From positions 186,001 through 250,000 of the IMG/VR virus record IMGVR_UViG_3300042540_001399: a DNA stretch of 64,000 nucleotides; one strand, written 5' to 3'. Shown piece after piece: positions 10,305 through 20,354 of this stretch. Below the pieces are notes generated by a model that had not been told where the DNA came from, ran no database searches, and saw only the letters and a program-made list of their open reading frames with translations. Numbering within the stretch: position 1 is the stretch's first letter; the number at the start of each line of letters is the position of its first letter. The translations under genes were made by a program, and so were the position numbers.

Positions 10305-10984
10305 AAAAAGAACAATTCAACATATTAGAAATTGAAAAAAGAAGGATTCTTGAAATGCATAATTTCAAAGGGAGTTACATTTCTGAAGAAAAAAAACCTA
10401 CTTTTTTGGTTTTGGAACAAGAAGAAGAAAATCCTGTTACAACTAACACAACAAGTATACCACCCGAAGTAAATCTCAACTCAAACAATGAAGATTTACC
10501 TACTATGGAGCCACTTAAACCTGAAAAAATAGATGTCACTCTACCATCACCGGAAATTGTGGAAATTGGTAAACAGTATTTAGGTAAACCATATGTCTAT
10601 GGTGCCCAAGGACCAAATAAATTTGATTGTAGTGGTTATGTAAGATATTTACTATCCAAAACGGGTTTATTGACAGATATAAACGACACATCTAAACTTC
10701 CTAGAACTGCTTCAGGAATGTATTCATCACCATCATTAACCAAAGTTAGTATGGAGGAAATAAAACCCGGTGACTTAGTTTTTTTTAAATCAGGATCAAA
10801 AATTAGTCACGTAGGTTTGATTTCCAAAGTCGATCAGGATGAAAAAAATGAAAAAATATTTCATATGTTACACGCGTCTTCATCATCGGGAACCCAAGAT
10901 ACAGAACAAACTCAATATACAAAAAAAGGTGTAAATAAAACCCCATATTGGGCACCAAAGATCGCCGGTTTCGGAAGAGTTTAA
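10301..10984 (+). CDS. NlpC/P60 (C40) peptidase
   Basis: GKPYVYGAQGPNKFDCSG, LPRTA, PGDLVFF, SHVGL, HASS. Confidence 0.9.
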   Translation: MKKEQFNILEIEKRRILEMHNFKGSYISEEKKPTFLVLEQEEENPVTTNTTSIPPEVNLNSNNEDLPTMEPLKPEKIDVTLPSPEIVEIGKQYLGKPYVYGAQGPNKFDCSGYVRYLLSKTGLLTDINDTSKLPRTASGMYSSPSLTKVSMEEIKPGDLVFFKSGSKISHVGLISKVDQDEKNEKIFHMLHASSSSGTQDTEQTQYTKKGVNKTPYWAPKIAGFGRV

Positions 10985-10987
10985 ACT

Positions 10988-11302
10988 ATGAAAAAATTGT
11001 TTATAAATAGAATTTTAAAAGAGTATGTAATGACCGAGTCATTAATTTACGATGATAATTCGTTTATTGATGAAATTGATCAGATAAAAAGACTTTCTGA
11101 ACAAGATCCTGAATTTGAAAACAAACTTGATAAAATTTGGAACACTTTAGAAATTAAAGTTAAAAAAAGTGGTGGTGATATGTCAAACATTAAAACAAGC
11201 GTGAATACTTTGTTAAAAATGTTCGTTGAAAAACTAAAAGATAAAAGTAAAAATCCAGCTGTTTGGATAAGGAGATATAATGTTTGTAAATTATGGAAAT
11301 GA
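10988..11302 (+). CDS. hypothetical protein
   Basis: 104-aa ORF in operon-like spacing. Confidence 0.6.
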   Translation: MKKLFINRILKEYVMTESLIYDDNSFIDEIDQIKRLSEQDPEFENKLDKIWNTLEIKVKKSGGDMSNIKTSVNTLLKMFVEKLKDKSKNPAVWIRRYNVCKLWK

Positions 11303-11814
11303 CCAAAAATGTAAATGTTGATAATATTTATTCTGACAGTTTGGAAAGAATCAAATTGTTGTATTCTGAATTCAAGAACTCTAAGGCAATAGTGTATGAA
11401 TATTATCGTAGATTACACTTAGACATAACAAATAGTACTTTTGGTAAAGTTAGAAAAGAACTTATAGAAATTATAGATAACGCCAAATCAGGAATTGTTG
11501 ATTTAAAAACTGAAATAGTTAAGTACTTTAAAAAAAATAAAAGTTTAGTAACTAAATATTCTTTTGAAAGTGCATTTTCATTCGTAAAAAAAATTGATTA
11601 TATAAAAAACCAAAATGCTAAAACCTTGTTACCATCAATAAACAAGGTTATAGTTAGATTAACTAATTTAGAATTTGCAGATAAAAACAAATTTAAAAAA
11701 CTGATAAATAAATTTTATTTTATTTTGAATAACTATATCAAAATATTAGTACCATCAGATAAAAGTGATTTTTTGATGGGATGGGTACTTGGAAAAGTTA
11801 ATCCCCAAAATTAA
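11293..11814 (+). CDS. hypothetical protein
   Basis: 173-aa ORF ending in the terminator. Confidence 0.6.
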   Translation: MEMTKNVNVDNIYSDSLERIKLLYSEFKNSKAIVYEYYRRLHLDITNSTFGKVRKELIEIIDNAKSGIVDLKTEIVKYFKKNKSLVTKYSFESAFSFVKKIDYIKNQNAKTLLPSINKVIVRLTNLEFADKNKFKKLINKFYFILNNYIKILVPSDKSDFLMGWVLGKVNPQN

Positions 11815-11828
11815 TTGGGGATTTTTTT
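11800..11828. terminator. intrinsic terminator between convergent genes
   Basis: AATCCCCAA/TTGGGGATT plus T tract. Confidence 0.7.
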
Positions 11829-12252
11829 AATTAACTTCCAAAACTTCAAGATCAAAGATTAATTTTTTACCCGCTAATGGGTGATTACCATCCAATTTAA
11901 CATTTTCATCACCAACCTCAATAACTCTAAAATTTATTGGACCCATTGGTGTATTTGCTTGTAACATGTGACCAACAACAACACCTTCAGGGACTTTGTC
12001 TTTAGGAACTTCTTGAATCATATTTTCGTTGTATTGACCATAAGCCATATCGGACTCAATTTCAATTGTTTTCTTGTGACCAACTTCCATGTCGATCAAA
12101 CCGTCTTCGAACCCTTTTATAAGTTGTCCTTGACCTAAAGTGACCGTCAATGGATCTCTTCCTTCATTTAAAGAAGAATCGAATACGGTACCGTCTTCTA
12201 ATTTACCCGTGTAGTTTACAGTCACGGTGCTGTTGTTTGTAATTTTTACCAT
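11827..12252 (-). CDS. FKBP-type peptidyl-prolyl isomerase (short SlyD/FkpB-like)
   Basis: VNYTGKLEDGTVFDSS, GQGQLIKGFE, DGNHPLAGKKLIFDLEV. Confidence 0.95.
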   Translation of the reverse strand: MVKITNNSTVTVNYTGKLEDGTVFDSSLNEGRDPLTVTLGQGQLIKGFEDGLIDMEVGHKKTIEIESDMAYGQYNENMIQEVPKDKVPEGVVVGHMLQANTPMGPINFRVIEVGDENVKLDGNHPLAGKKLIFDLEVLEVN

Positions 12253-12297
12253 AATTTTTTTCTTTTAAAAATAATTAAATGAAATCGAAATGTAAAA

Positions 12298-12468
12298 TCA
12301 AAAAAACAGCAACAATATAAAAAACACGATATTTACTAAAATTCTTATTATATATAACCAAAGAAATAACCCCATAAACTTGAATATGATGTCTTCTTTT
12401 TTAAATTTTAATAGGTCAAATAAAAAATTTTTTATTGACGGCCAATATGACTTGATTAAGTTTAACAT
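12298..12468 (-). CDS. small membrane protein (56 aa, not in ORF track)
   Basis: translated by hand: MLNLIKSYW...ILVNIVFFILLLFF. Confidence 0.45.
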   Translation of the reverse strand: MLNLIKSYWPSIKNFLFDLLKFKKEDIIFKFMGLFLWLYIIRILVNIVFFILLLFF

Positions 12469-12518
12469 AACCAAATTATATTATTTTTTTTTTATTAATC
12501 AATATATTTATAAGTAAT

Positions 12519-13154
12519 ATGAAAAAAGTTATCTCAGAAGAATTGAATTATATCAAATATTTGTTTGATTATAAAAAAGGTGTTGTTATTTCAGAACAAT
12601 CGGTAGTCACTGATACTACAACTTTAGACCCAAGTAATAAAACTAAATCAACGATAAATCAAACAAAATCTGCTAATTTACCTGTGGTTGACGAGCCAGA
12701 ACCAAGTCCTTCAAAACCAACAATTTCAACAACACAAACAGTTTCAACTACTAATGTTAATACTGTTGAACTTGAATCACAAAAAAAACAATTAGAAACG
12801 CAACTAAGTAGTATCCAATCAAGTTTGGACGTACTTAATAGAAAAAATGAAACTGAAGAAAGACAAAGAATAGAATCTTCAATTATTAAAAAAATAGAAG
12901 ACTTAGACACTTATCTTAGATCAAACTGTGGAAAGAAAATGACAAAACTCTGTAAAGAATACTTGAAAGAAAAAAATTCATATAACCAACAAATGGCAAC
13001 CCTTAGAAATCTTACAACAAAAGAAGGTCCAGGTATGGAAAAAAATGAAAAGGATGCCGCGGACAAAACACAAAAATGGATTACAGTAGTTAACAATATC
13101 ATTGGGTTATTTACAAGTGCAATCGCAGCAACAAAATTGACTAAAACACAGTAA
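12519..13154 (+). CDS. coiled-coil protein with ISEE leader
   Basis: MKKVISEELNYIKYLF; Thr/Pro linker, coiled coil, hydrophobic C-terminus. Confidence 0.7.
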   Translation: MKKVISEELNYIKYLFDYKKGVVISEQSVVTDTTTLDPSNKTKSTINQTKSANLPVVDEPEPSPSKPTISTTQTVSTTNVNTVELESQKKQLETQLSSIQSSLDVLNRKNETEERQRIESSIIKKIEDLDTYLRSNCGKKMTKLCKEYLKEKNSYNQQMATLRNLTTKEGPGMEKNEKDAADKTQKWITVVNNIIGLFTSAIAATKLTKTQ

Positions 13155-13157
13155 ATT

Positions 13158-13370
13158 ATGAAATTTCTTAAGTTTCTAATAATTGAGCTTATGAATAAGT
13201 ATGGTTCGTTTATGTGGTTTGGAACTCATTTATCTATGACTCAAACAGATTGGCACTATCTACTTGAAACTTTTTTATGTCTTTTAGTTAACCTTTTAGT
13301 TATTTTTTCCTTATATTTGCAATACAAAGAAAAGGAAGATGAAAAATTACAAAAAACTAATAATACCTAA
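13158..13370 (+). CDS. small membrane protein
   Basis: 70 aa with hydrophobic segment. Confidence 0.6.
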   Translation: MKFLKFLIIELMNKYGSFMWFGTHLSMTQTDWHYLLETFLCLLVNLLVIFSLYLQYKEKEDEKLQKTNNT

Positions 13371-13929
13371 AGATTCTGCATGGAATAGGAAAGGAATCTT
13401 ACCATTATTATGGCGAAACACACATTGGAGATTAAGATACTTTCTTGGAGGTATTAAAAACATTTTCAGATGGATGCCAACTTTATATAAAGATAAAGAT
13501 TGGGATGATTGGTACATATTCACAATTCTTCAGAAAAAAATAGAATTTCAGCGTAAGGAAATAATCTACGCTAATCGCCATATGGAGGTTGATCGTGATA
13601 ATCGTGATATGACTATAGTTTTAAATTTAATAGAAAGAGTTAAAGAAGAATATTATGGTACTGAATATCTTGACTATTCAGAAACTAAATTCAGGTTTGA
13701 ACCTATTGAGGGGGATGATGATCATTATTCATTAGAACAAGATTTAATTTCAGAAAATTACGATGAGTATCTAAGAAAGTACCCGTCAAGTGTTCGTAAA
13801 GTATCAAAAGAAAAACCTGATTTAAATAAAAGAGATTTATGTTTTTGGGTTGCAAAACATAACGAAGAAAAGGCACATAATTTATTGTTCAGAATTTTAA
13901 AAGAAAGAATGAGATGGTGGTGGGATTAA
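13339..13929 (+). CDS. hypothetical protein
   Basis: 196-aa ORF, Trp-rich. Confidence 0.7.
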   Translation: MKNYKKLIIPKDSAWNRKGILPLLWRNTHWRLRYFLGGIKNIFRWMPTLYKDKDWDDWYIFTILQKKIEFQRKEIIYANRHMEVDRDNRDMTIVLNLIERVKEEYYGTEYLDYSETKFRFEPIEGDDDHYSLEQDLISENYDEYLRKYPSSVRKVSKEKPDLNKRDLCFWVAKHNEEKAHNLLFRILKERMRWWWD

Positions 13930-14108
13930 AAGTCTATAAAGTAAAAGATAAAGAAACGTATAATCACTTACATACTGTTCTTTCTGGTTGGTGTTTTTTT
14001 AGAAATGAAAATCAAAATTATTATATCAAAGCTCCCGTTAACAAAACAATTCTTAATTTGATTGAAATGGGGCTTATTCAGGAAGAAGATCAAAAGAAGA
14101 TTGAATAA
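13914..14108 (+). CDS. hypothetical protein
   Basis: 64-aa ORF overlapping upstream stop. Confidence 0.5.
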   Translation: MVVGLKVYKVKDKETYNHLHTVLSGWCFFRNENQNYYIKAPVNKTILNLIEMGLIQEEDQKKIE

Positions 14109-14355
14109 TAATTTCTTTTCTTGAACCAACAACACTCCAAGCCATTTTTATCAATGAATTCAATGAAGTGGGGTACAAAATTTCAAAATCATCAAGACTA
14201 GATACAAACAAAGTAACGTTCAATAAATAGGAGTCTTTACTTCTAATGTAACTTATATTGTTTATTGATATTTTACTATTTTTTCCAAACATTTCAGATA
14301 AGTCTTTTTTTAGTTGGGTGTCTAAAAACATTTGTAAAATTTCCTTTCTGTTCAT
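14074..14355 (-). CDS. hypothetical protein
   Basis: probable ATG at 14355 (MNRKEILQMFL). Confidence 0.55.
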   Translation of the reverse strand: MNRKEILQMFLDTQLKKDLSEMFGKNSKISINNISYIRSKDSYLLNVTLFVSSLDDFEILYPTSLNSLIKMAWSVVGSRKEIIIQSSFDLLPE

Positions 14356-14435
14356 ACGATAAAAAATAGTTATTGTATACTCATTTGACAAGTCAAAGTA
14401 TAGACATAACCAATAATTATTACTATTTATTTTAT

Positions 14436-16892
14436 ATGAAAAAAATATTTTTAATTTTTATACTTTTAGTTAACTTTGTGTATTCACAATATTGTCCTTA
14501 TATTGGACCGGATTTAACCTTACCTTGTGGTGTCAACTCAACAACTTTGACCGCTGATCTATCACAATGTGGTCAAGGAGCACTTCCTCAAGGAACCTCT
14601 AATTATGGAGTTACTAACATACCTTATGTTGCTCAAGTAAATAACGGAACATTGGTTCAACTTGGGGACGATTCACAATCTGGTGTATTTAATATTGGTT
14701 TTACTTTTTGTTATTACGGATCAACTTACACACAGTTTCGTATAGGATCTAACGGATGGGTTTCGTTAGGTGCAGGTGCTCAACCAACAACGTTCACATC
14801 TGCGGCAATTCCAAATGCAGGATTTAACATACCTAAAAATTGTATTATGGGCCCATGGCAAGATTGGAACCCTGGAATTGGAGGTCAAATTAGATATCAA
14901 GTACAAGGAACAGCTCCGTGTCGTAAATTAGTAGTTAGTTGGATAGGTGTTCCTATGTTTTCTTGTACAAACCTTCAGGGCACTTTTCATATTATACTTT
15001 ATGAATCCACAAATGTTATAGAAAATCATATTGCAAATAAACCAAACTGTCTTCAATGGGCTGGAGGAACTGCAGTACAGGGTATACATAACCTTTTAGG
15101 AAACGCTGCCGTAACAGTTGTAGGACGAAACTCAACTCAATGGACTACTGTTAACAATGCTTATCGTTGGACACCAAACGGTGGAGTGATCCAACCAACT
15201 TGGACATGGTATCAGGTAGGAAATCCAAACCCAATTGGTACAGGATTGAGTATCACTGTCAATCCCCCCATCGGAGGAGCCTATTATACCTGTCAACCAG
15301 TATTCCCTTCTTGTAACGCAGGATGGGCAACATGTAATATTGGTGGTGGTAATTTAGGTCCCGACACCATTTTAGTAACACCAACACCAAATTTACCACC
15401 ACCCACAGTTACTCCAACAGATCCTTTATGTAATAATGGTTGTAATGGATCAATAGTTGTGACTCCTGTTGGTGGATTAGCCCCTTATGTTATTAATTGG
15501 GCTAATGGATCAAACACTCTAACTTTAAATAACTTGTGTTCAGGGACATATAATTTTTCTTTAACCGATGCAAATGGGTGTGTGTACAATGGAACTTCCA
15601 CTTTATTGAACCCACCACCATTACAATTACCAATAGTAACGTCAACTAACCCAACTTGTTTTGGTTATTGTGACGGATCATCAATTGTCAATCCTATAGA
15701 TGGACTTGCACCATACACATACCTTTGGAATGATGGTCAAACCACTCAAACGGCAACTAATTTATGTTCGGGAAACTATTCTGTAACTGTTACAGACGCA
15801 AATAACTGTCCTGCAACTCAAACTACAACGTTAGTTGATCCTCCACTTGTAACAATCAACCCGATTACAGGATCAGACACAGTTTGTTTTAACTCTACAG
15901 GTAATTTATACAATGTTTCAAGTGTTTTTCCTAACCTAAACTACGTATGGACTAATACGATAGGAAATATCTCGTCAGGACAAGGTACAAATCAAATAAA
16001 CTTGGACGTAACTGGCGTGAATAATGGTCTTTACACTAATACTTTATCGGTTATTGGTGTAAATCAGGTAGGTTGTCAGTCACAACCTCAAACTTTTTCT
16101 ATAGTTGTGTTAAATATTTTTCCTGTGATCACACCAGTTGGACCTTTTTGCGAATACGACAACTGTATCAACCTAATTGCGACTCCTCCTAACGGTAGTT
16201 TTAGTGGATCTAACGTAATTGGTGATCAATATTGTCCAAGTAATGGTTATATTGGTCTTGATGAGGTTACGTATACTTATATTCAGTCAGGATGTTTGTT
16301 TGATACCTCAATATTTGTTCAAACTTACTCAAGACCATCAATAATTCCTGTCACAAATGGTATTGTAGGTGAAAATACTGAGTATCATCAGATATGTGAA
16401 GGAGATACGGTACAAGATTCCTTCACGTTGAACACACCGAGTGGTGGTTTTAACGAATGGTATGTGTTTGGTGACACAACACAGACACAAAACCTGTCAA
16501 TTACATGGAATATTGATGGAATCTACACATTTCAAGGGGTAAGATGGGACAATGGATGTGTTTCTAACCCCCAAACGTTCACTGTAACGTTAGAATTGTG
16601 TCCAAATGACATATTTTACATACCAAACGCCTTTACACCCGATGGAGACGAAAAAAACAACGTATTTAAACCCATAATTACATCAGGAGTTGACATTTTT
16701 AACTACAGTTTTGTTATATTCAACCGTTGGGGACAGATAATATGGGAATCAATGAACACAAATACAGGTTGGGACGGTACATATGACAACAAACCATGTC
16801 AAGATGGAGTTTATACGTGGAAATTGAAGTATAAAAATCCTAAAAATGATGAAATTCGTGAGTTTTATGGAAATTTCTCATTAATTAAGTAA
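14436..16892 (+). CDS. T9SS type-B sorting (gliding-motility C-terminal, CHU_C-like) domain adhesin with SprB-like repeats
   Basis: signal peptide MKKIFLIFILL; C..GCNGSI.V...GG.APY...W repeats; C-terminal YIPNAFTPDGD..N..FKP...IFNRWG...GWDG. Confidence 0.9.
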   Translation: MKKIFLIFILLVNFVYSQYCPYIGPDLTLPCGVNSTTLTADLSQCGQGALPQGTSNYGVTNIPYVAQVNNGTLVQLGDDSQSGVFNIGFTFCYYGSTYTQFRIGSNGWVSLGAGAQPTTFTSAAIPNAGFNIPKNCIMGPWQDWNPGIGGQIRYQVQGTAPCRKLVVSWIGVPMFSCTNLQGTFHIILYESTNVIENHIANKPNCLQWAGGTAVQGIHNLLGNAAVTVVGRNSTQWTTVNNAYRWTPNGGVIQPTWTWYQVGNPNPIGTGLSITVNPPIGGAYYTCQPVFPSCNAGWATCNIGGGNLGPDTILVTPTPNLPPPTVTPTDPLCNNGCNGSIVVTPVGGLAPYVINWANGSNTLTLNNLCSGTYNFSLTDANGCVYNGTSTLLNPPPLQLPIVTSTNPTCFGYCDGSSIVNPIDGLAPYTYLWNDGQTTQTATNLCSGNYSVTVTDANNCPATQTTTLVDPPLVTINPITGSDTVCFNSTGNLYNVSSVFPNLNYVWTNTIGNISSGQGTNQINLDVTGVNNGLYTNTLSVIGVNQVGCQSQPQTFSIVVLNIFPVITPVGPFCEYDNCINLIATPPNGSFSGSNVIGDQYCPSNGYIGLDEVTYTYIQSGCLFDTSIFVQTYSRPSIIPVTNGIVGENTEYHQICEGDTVQDSFTLNTPSGGFNEWYVFGDTTQTQNLSITWNIDGIYTFQGVRWDNGCVSNPQTFTVTLELCPNDIFYIPNAFTPDGDEKNNVFKPIITSGVDIFNYSFVIFNRWGQIIWESMNTNTGWDGTYDNKPCQDGVYTWKLKYKNPKNDEIREFYGNFSLIK

Positions 16893-16948
16893 ATAAATTG
16901 ACTTTTTTAAAAAAAAATAGTATTAATTAGTATAAAATTATAAAAATT

Positions 16949-17179
16949 ATGTTATTAAACGCACTTTTAATCATTTTTACACTAGTTTTGATCGTAATTG
17001 CGGTCGGAATGGTCATTTGGTGGAAAAAATTTGGTAAATCTTTCTTTGAAATGTCAAAAAATCTTTCAAAAATGAACCAAAACATGTTAAAAAACCAAAA
17101 AATAGGTAATTTGGGGGATTTTACCAAAGATTTTGATGAACAAATGAAGATAATTCAACAATTTATGAAGAAAAAATAA
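16949..17179 (+). CDS. small single-pass membrane protein
   Basis: N-terminal TM helix followed by KKFGK. Confidence 0.65.
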   Translation: MLLNALLIIFTLVLIVIAVGMVIWWKKFGKSFFEMSKNLSKMNQNMLKNQKIGNLGDFTKDFDEQMKIIQQFMKKK

Positions 17180-17201
17180 CAAATTACTATCAAAAATGCG
17201 A

Positions 17202-17230
17202 CAAAAAAGGGTATTATTTACCCTTTTTTT
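17202..17230. terminator. bidirectional terminator
   Basis: AAAAAAAGGGTA/TACCCTTTTTTT. Confidence 0.75.
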
Positions 17231-17366
17231 GTTTAATTTCGACTTCATATGGACCTGTAGTTGTCTTATGGTTATCGTATTTCCATATTACAATACAATC
17301 TTCATGATCAACAATTCTTTCATATTTCTTTCGTTCTGGTAGTTTTTTTTCTTTTTTACTTGACAT
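17214..17366 (-). CDS. small hypothetical protein (50 aa, not in ORF track)
   Basis: translated by hand: MSSKKEKKLPERKKYERIVDHEDCIVIWKYD... Confidence 0.45.
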   Translation of the reverse strand: MSSKKEKKLPERKKYERIVDHEDCIVIWKYDNHKTTTGPYEVEIKQKKGK

Positions 17367-17519
17367 ATTTTACAAATATAGTCTTTTTATCAGTAATTTA
17401 CAAATTTTTTTATCTAACTATCAAAAATAATTACACAAATTACTAAAAAGTTATTTTGATATTAAATAAAAACCCCACTTTTCAAGGTGGGGCTAGTAAA
17501 AAATTTAAAAAAATGAAAA

Positions 17520-17783
17520 TTAACCTTCTGTAATTTCTTCAGAATCTGAACCGTGTTTTTTGTGAATAAATTTATCAACAGAACCTATCGCGAATGACCC
17601 TAAAACCAATATTAAAAATGAATTGAATATAAATTCATTAATTACTAATGGTGCCCCCATAAATCCTGTTACAATATCCGCACAAGCAAATATACACATC
17701 ATAATAAATGCGATAAAACCAACAACAGATTTTTCATTGATAGAATTGTTGTCACAAAATAGTTCTTTTAAAAATTTTTTCAT
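17520..17783 (-). CDS. two-TM membrane protein (possible holin-like)
   Basis: two hydrophobic helices, acidic C-tail; ATATTTAT upstream on - strand. Confidence 0.65.
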   Translation of the reverse strand: MKKFLKELFCDNNSINEKSVVGFIAFIMMCIFACADIVTGFMGAPLVINEFIFNSFLILVLGSFAIGSVDKFIHKKHGSDSEEITEG

Positions 17784-17876
17784 AATTAATTGTTTTTTAT
17801 ATAAATATTTAATAAAAAGTAAAAAAACTATTTACTTTTTTTATTTGTATACATTGTGTTTGTAGACCAAAAAAAA

Positions 17877-17903
17877 AAAGGGACAGTAGCGAATTGTCCC
17901 TTT
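17877..17903 (-). terminator. intrinsic terminator
   Basis: AAAGGGACA/TGTCCCTTT; U tract on - strand from the A run 17869-17879. Confidence 0.75.
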
Positions 17904-17941
17904 CATTGTTACCAATAACGGTAACGATCCTAAGCAAAAAT

Positions 17942-18472
17942 TTATTGGCCCTTAACCAAATTAATACATTGTTTTAGATATTCTTTAGCTCTTGGTGACG
18001 GAGTATATTCGTCTTCCCTAGTTTGAAGATTTAAAACTCTTTCGATATCTTTGACAAGTTCCGTACCATGTTCATTTTCTTTATATAATTCTATTATTTT
18101 GTCCATAGCTCGGTGACAATCACCAGTAGTTTCATCGTAATAGTTTTTGTTTCGAAACCTATTCAAATTGTTCATCATTTCATATGCCAAATGTGAACCA
18201 CCATCTTTGATATCTTTAAAAAGTCTCAGATTATTTAATATACCTAAAGTATCTACCATAGAGTTAACCCCTGATTGTCTTTTTGTAATACCAGGTGAAT
18301 ATTTTCCATATTCTTCAGCTCTACCTACTATTTCATCAAGAGGGATCATATTTTCTCGAACACATCTTGGTTTCACTTCACCTTTTTTTCTTTTTGTTTC
18401 TGAATCCTCCTCATTTAAAACTTTTCTTGCAATTCTTCTAATGTCTGATTCTGAAATTTTAAACACTTTCAT
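17942..18472 (-). CDS. hypothetical protein with ISESD leader
   Basis: MKVFKISESDIRRIARKVLNEE. Confidence 0.75.
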   Translation of the reverse strand: MKVFKISESDIRRIARKVLNEEDSETKRKKGEVKPRCVRENMIPLDEIVGRAEEYGKYSPGITKRQSGVNSMVDTLGILNNLRLFKDIKDGGSHLAYEMMNNLNRFRNKNYYDETTGDCHRAMDKIIELYKENEHGTELVKDIERVLNLQTREDEYTPSPRAKEYLKQCINLVKGQ

Positions 18473-18546
18473 ATTTTTTATTTTTTAGATAAATATATTA
18501 AAATAAGTGAATTTTCACATATTTATACTAATAAATATCAACTACC

Positions 18547-18921
18547 ATGATCAACGAATCAACTATAAAAAAATTAATACATAAAATTATAAATGAAGAG
18601 TTTAATAATTTTATATATCGTGACATTTATGGATCAGTAGAAAATGCTGATTTTATATTAGAAGCAGAATATCAAGGACGAAAAGTCCAACTTGGTAAAA
18701 TAATGCAAGGTGATATTAAAAAATTTAAAGTTTATGTTAAAAATGACAAAGGAAAGGTTGTTAAAGTAAACTTTGGTTTTGGTGGAAAATCTGCAAAAGG
18801 TAAAAGGATGGTTATAAAGAAAAATAACCCCGAAAGAAGAAGATCTTTCAGGGCAAGACATAATTGTGACAATCCTGGCCCAAGATGGAAACCGAGATAT
18901 TGGGCTTGTAGAACTTGGTAA
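18547..18921 (+). CDS. conserved phage-type basic protein (FRARHNC...RYWAC motif)
   Basis: EAEYQGRKV, KVNFG, RRSFRARHNC, RYWACRTW. Confidence 0.7.
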   Translation: MINESTIKKLIHKIINEEFNNFIYRDIYGSVENADFILEAEYQGRKVQLGKIMQGDIKKFKVYVKNDKGKVVKVNFGFGGKSAKGKRMVIKKNNPERRRSFRARHNCDNPGPRWKPRYWACRTW

Positions 18922-19887
18922 TTATTTGATAACAAATTTAACGGAATTCAAACAATTTAAATTACTCGGGTTAGAACCTGCGTATGATATTGCACTTTGT
19001 AAAGATTCTTCTATTTCAACAAGTTTCGAAAAAATTGACAAATCCTTGTATTCAACTAATTTTTTAATACCCTCAATTCGGTTTGTTTTTCCTGATTGAG
19101 ATGAAGATGCACTTCCCCAAAATTCCTTGTACCAAGAATTGTCTATCATGTTTTTAACCTTTTTACCTGGAGATTCCTGATAACCCGATAACATACCGCC
19201 AACCATAACCATCGAAGCTCCTAAAACTAAACTTTTTACAATATCACAATGTTGTTTAATTGATCCATCGGCAATTATAGGTACTTTTGAAACTTCAACA
19301 CAGTTTCTTATCATAGACGCCTGCCAACCCCTATTACCAAAACCTGTTGAGTGATATGTAGTACAGGCAGATCCACCGCCAATACCACATTTGATTGCAT
19401 CACATCCCCATTCAGTTAGATCGGTTACCGCTTCAGGTGTACAAACATTACCTCCAATTAAAAAAACATCTGGCATTCTGTTTTTAACGTAATTAACCAT
19501 TTTTTTCATTTTGATTGAATGTCCGTGAGCAATATCTATTGTGATAAAGTTAGGGATGTAGTTTTTTGTCACCAACTCGTCTATAAGTTGGTATGAATCT
19601 TCGTTAACTCCGATTGAAATTGACAACATTAGGTCCAAATCAATTATTTTTTTACAGAAATTAATTATGTCAATGTTAAATCTGTGCATAATATAAAAAT
19701 AACCTTTTTCTGCCAACTTGATTGCAAGATCTTCGTCAATAATACTTTCCATGTTGGCGGGTACAATTGGTAGGTTGAATTTAAATTTACCAAATTTACA
19801 AGATGCGTCACATTCAGACCTACTATTAGCGTAACTAAAAGTTGGTAAAAGAGTTATATCGTCAAAATCAAAAACTTTATTGTTCAT
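18922..19887 (-). CDS. guaC: GMP reductase
   Basis: FDFDDITLLP, PANM, MHRF, DIAHGHS, KCGIGGGSACTT catalytic loop; no CBS domains. Confidence 0.9.
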   Translation of the reverse strand: MNNKVFDFDDITLLPTFSYANSRSECDASCKFGKFKFNLPIVPANMESIIDEDLAIKLAEKGYFYIMHRFNIDIINFCKKIIDLDLMLSISIGVNEDSYQLIDELVTKNYIPNFITIDIAHGHSIKMKKMVNYVKNRMPDVFLIGGNVCTPEAVTDLTEWGCDAIKCGIGGGSACTTYHSTGFGNRGWQASMIRNCVEVSKVPIIADGSIKQHCDIVKSLVLGASMVMVGGMLSGYQESPGKKVKNMIDNSWYKEFWGSASSSQSGKTNRIEGIKKLVEYKDLSIFSKLVEIEESLQSAISYAGSNPSNLNCLNSVKFVIK

Positions 19888-20290
19888 ATTCTATTGTTTC
19901 TATTAGTGTTGTTATTCTACGTTTAGCTTTTTCACCTAAAGGTATTGGATTTCCTCCTTCATCGATTTGTACAAATGTGATTTGGGTTTTTAATACCAAG
20001 TCTTGTTTTCCAGTATAAACATTATGAGCTCGAGCTTCCATATATAAAGTCATTGATGTGTTCCCAACTTTTGTTGGTTTACCATAAATTTTTAATAACT
20101 GACTTTCTTTTGCCGGTCTTTCAAAATTACATTTATCTATTGATACTGTAACCATTCTTGGTGTATCACATAATTGCATTGAATATCCGGCCGCTGAAGC
20201 ATCTATCCATGCAAGTAATTTACCACCAAATAAATTACCGTGGAAACCTAAATCAGATTTTTTGATTGGGTGGGTATTTAATAAATCCAT
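19877..20290 (-). CDS. acyl-CoA thioesterase (hotdog fold, YciA-like)
   Basis: DLGFHGNLFGGKLLAWID, VTVSID, VGNTSM, FVQID. Confidence 0.9.
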   Translation of the reverse strand: MDLLNTHPIKKSDLGFHGNLFGGKLLAWIDASAAGYSMQLCDTPRMVTVSIDKCNFERPAKESQLLKIYGKPTKVGNTSMTLYMEARAHNVYTGKQDLVLKTQITFVQIDEGGNPIPLGEKAKRRITTLIETIEYEQ

Positions 20291-20354
20291 TTCTTTAACT
20301 TTTTAAAAAAAATACATATTATTGAAAATACAATCAATACTAATATTTATCATT

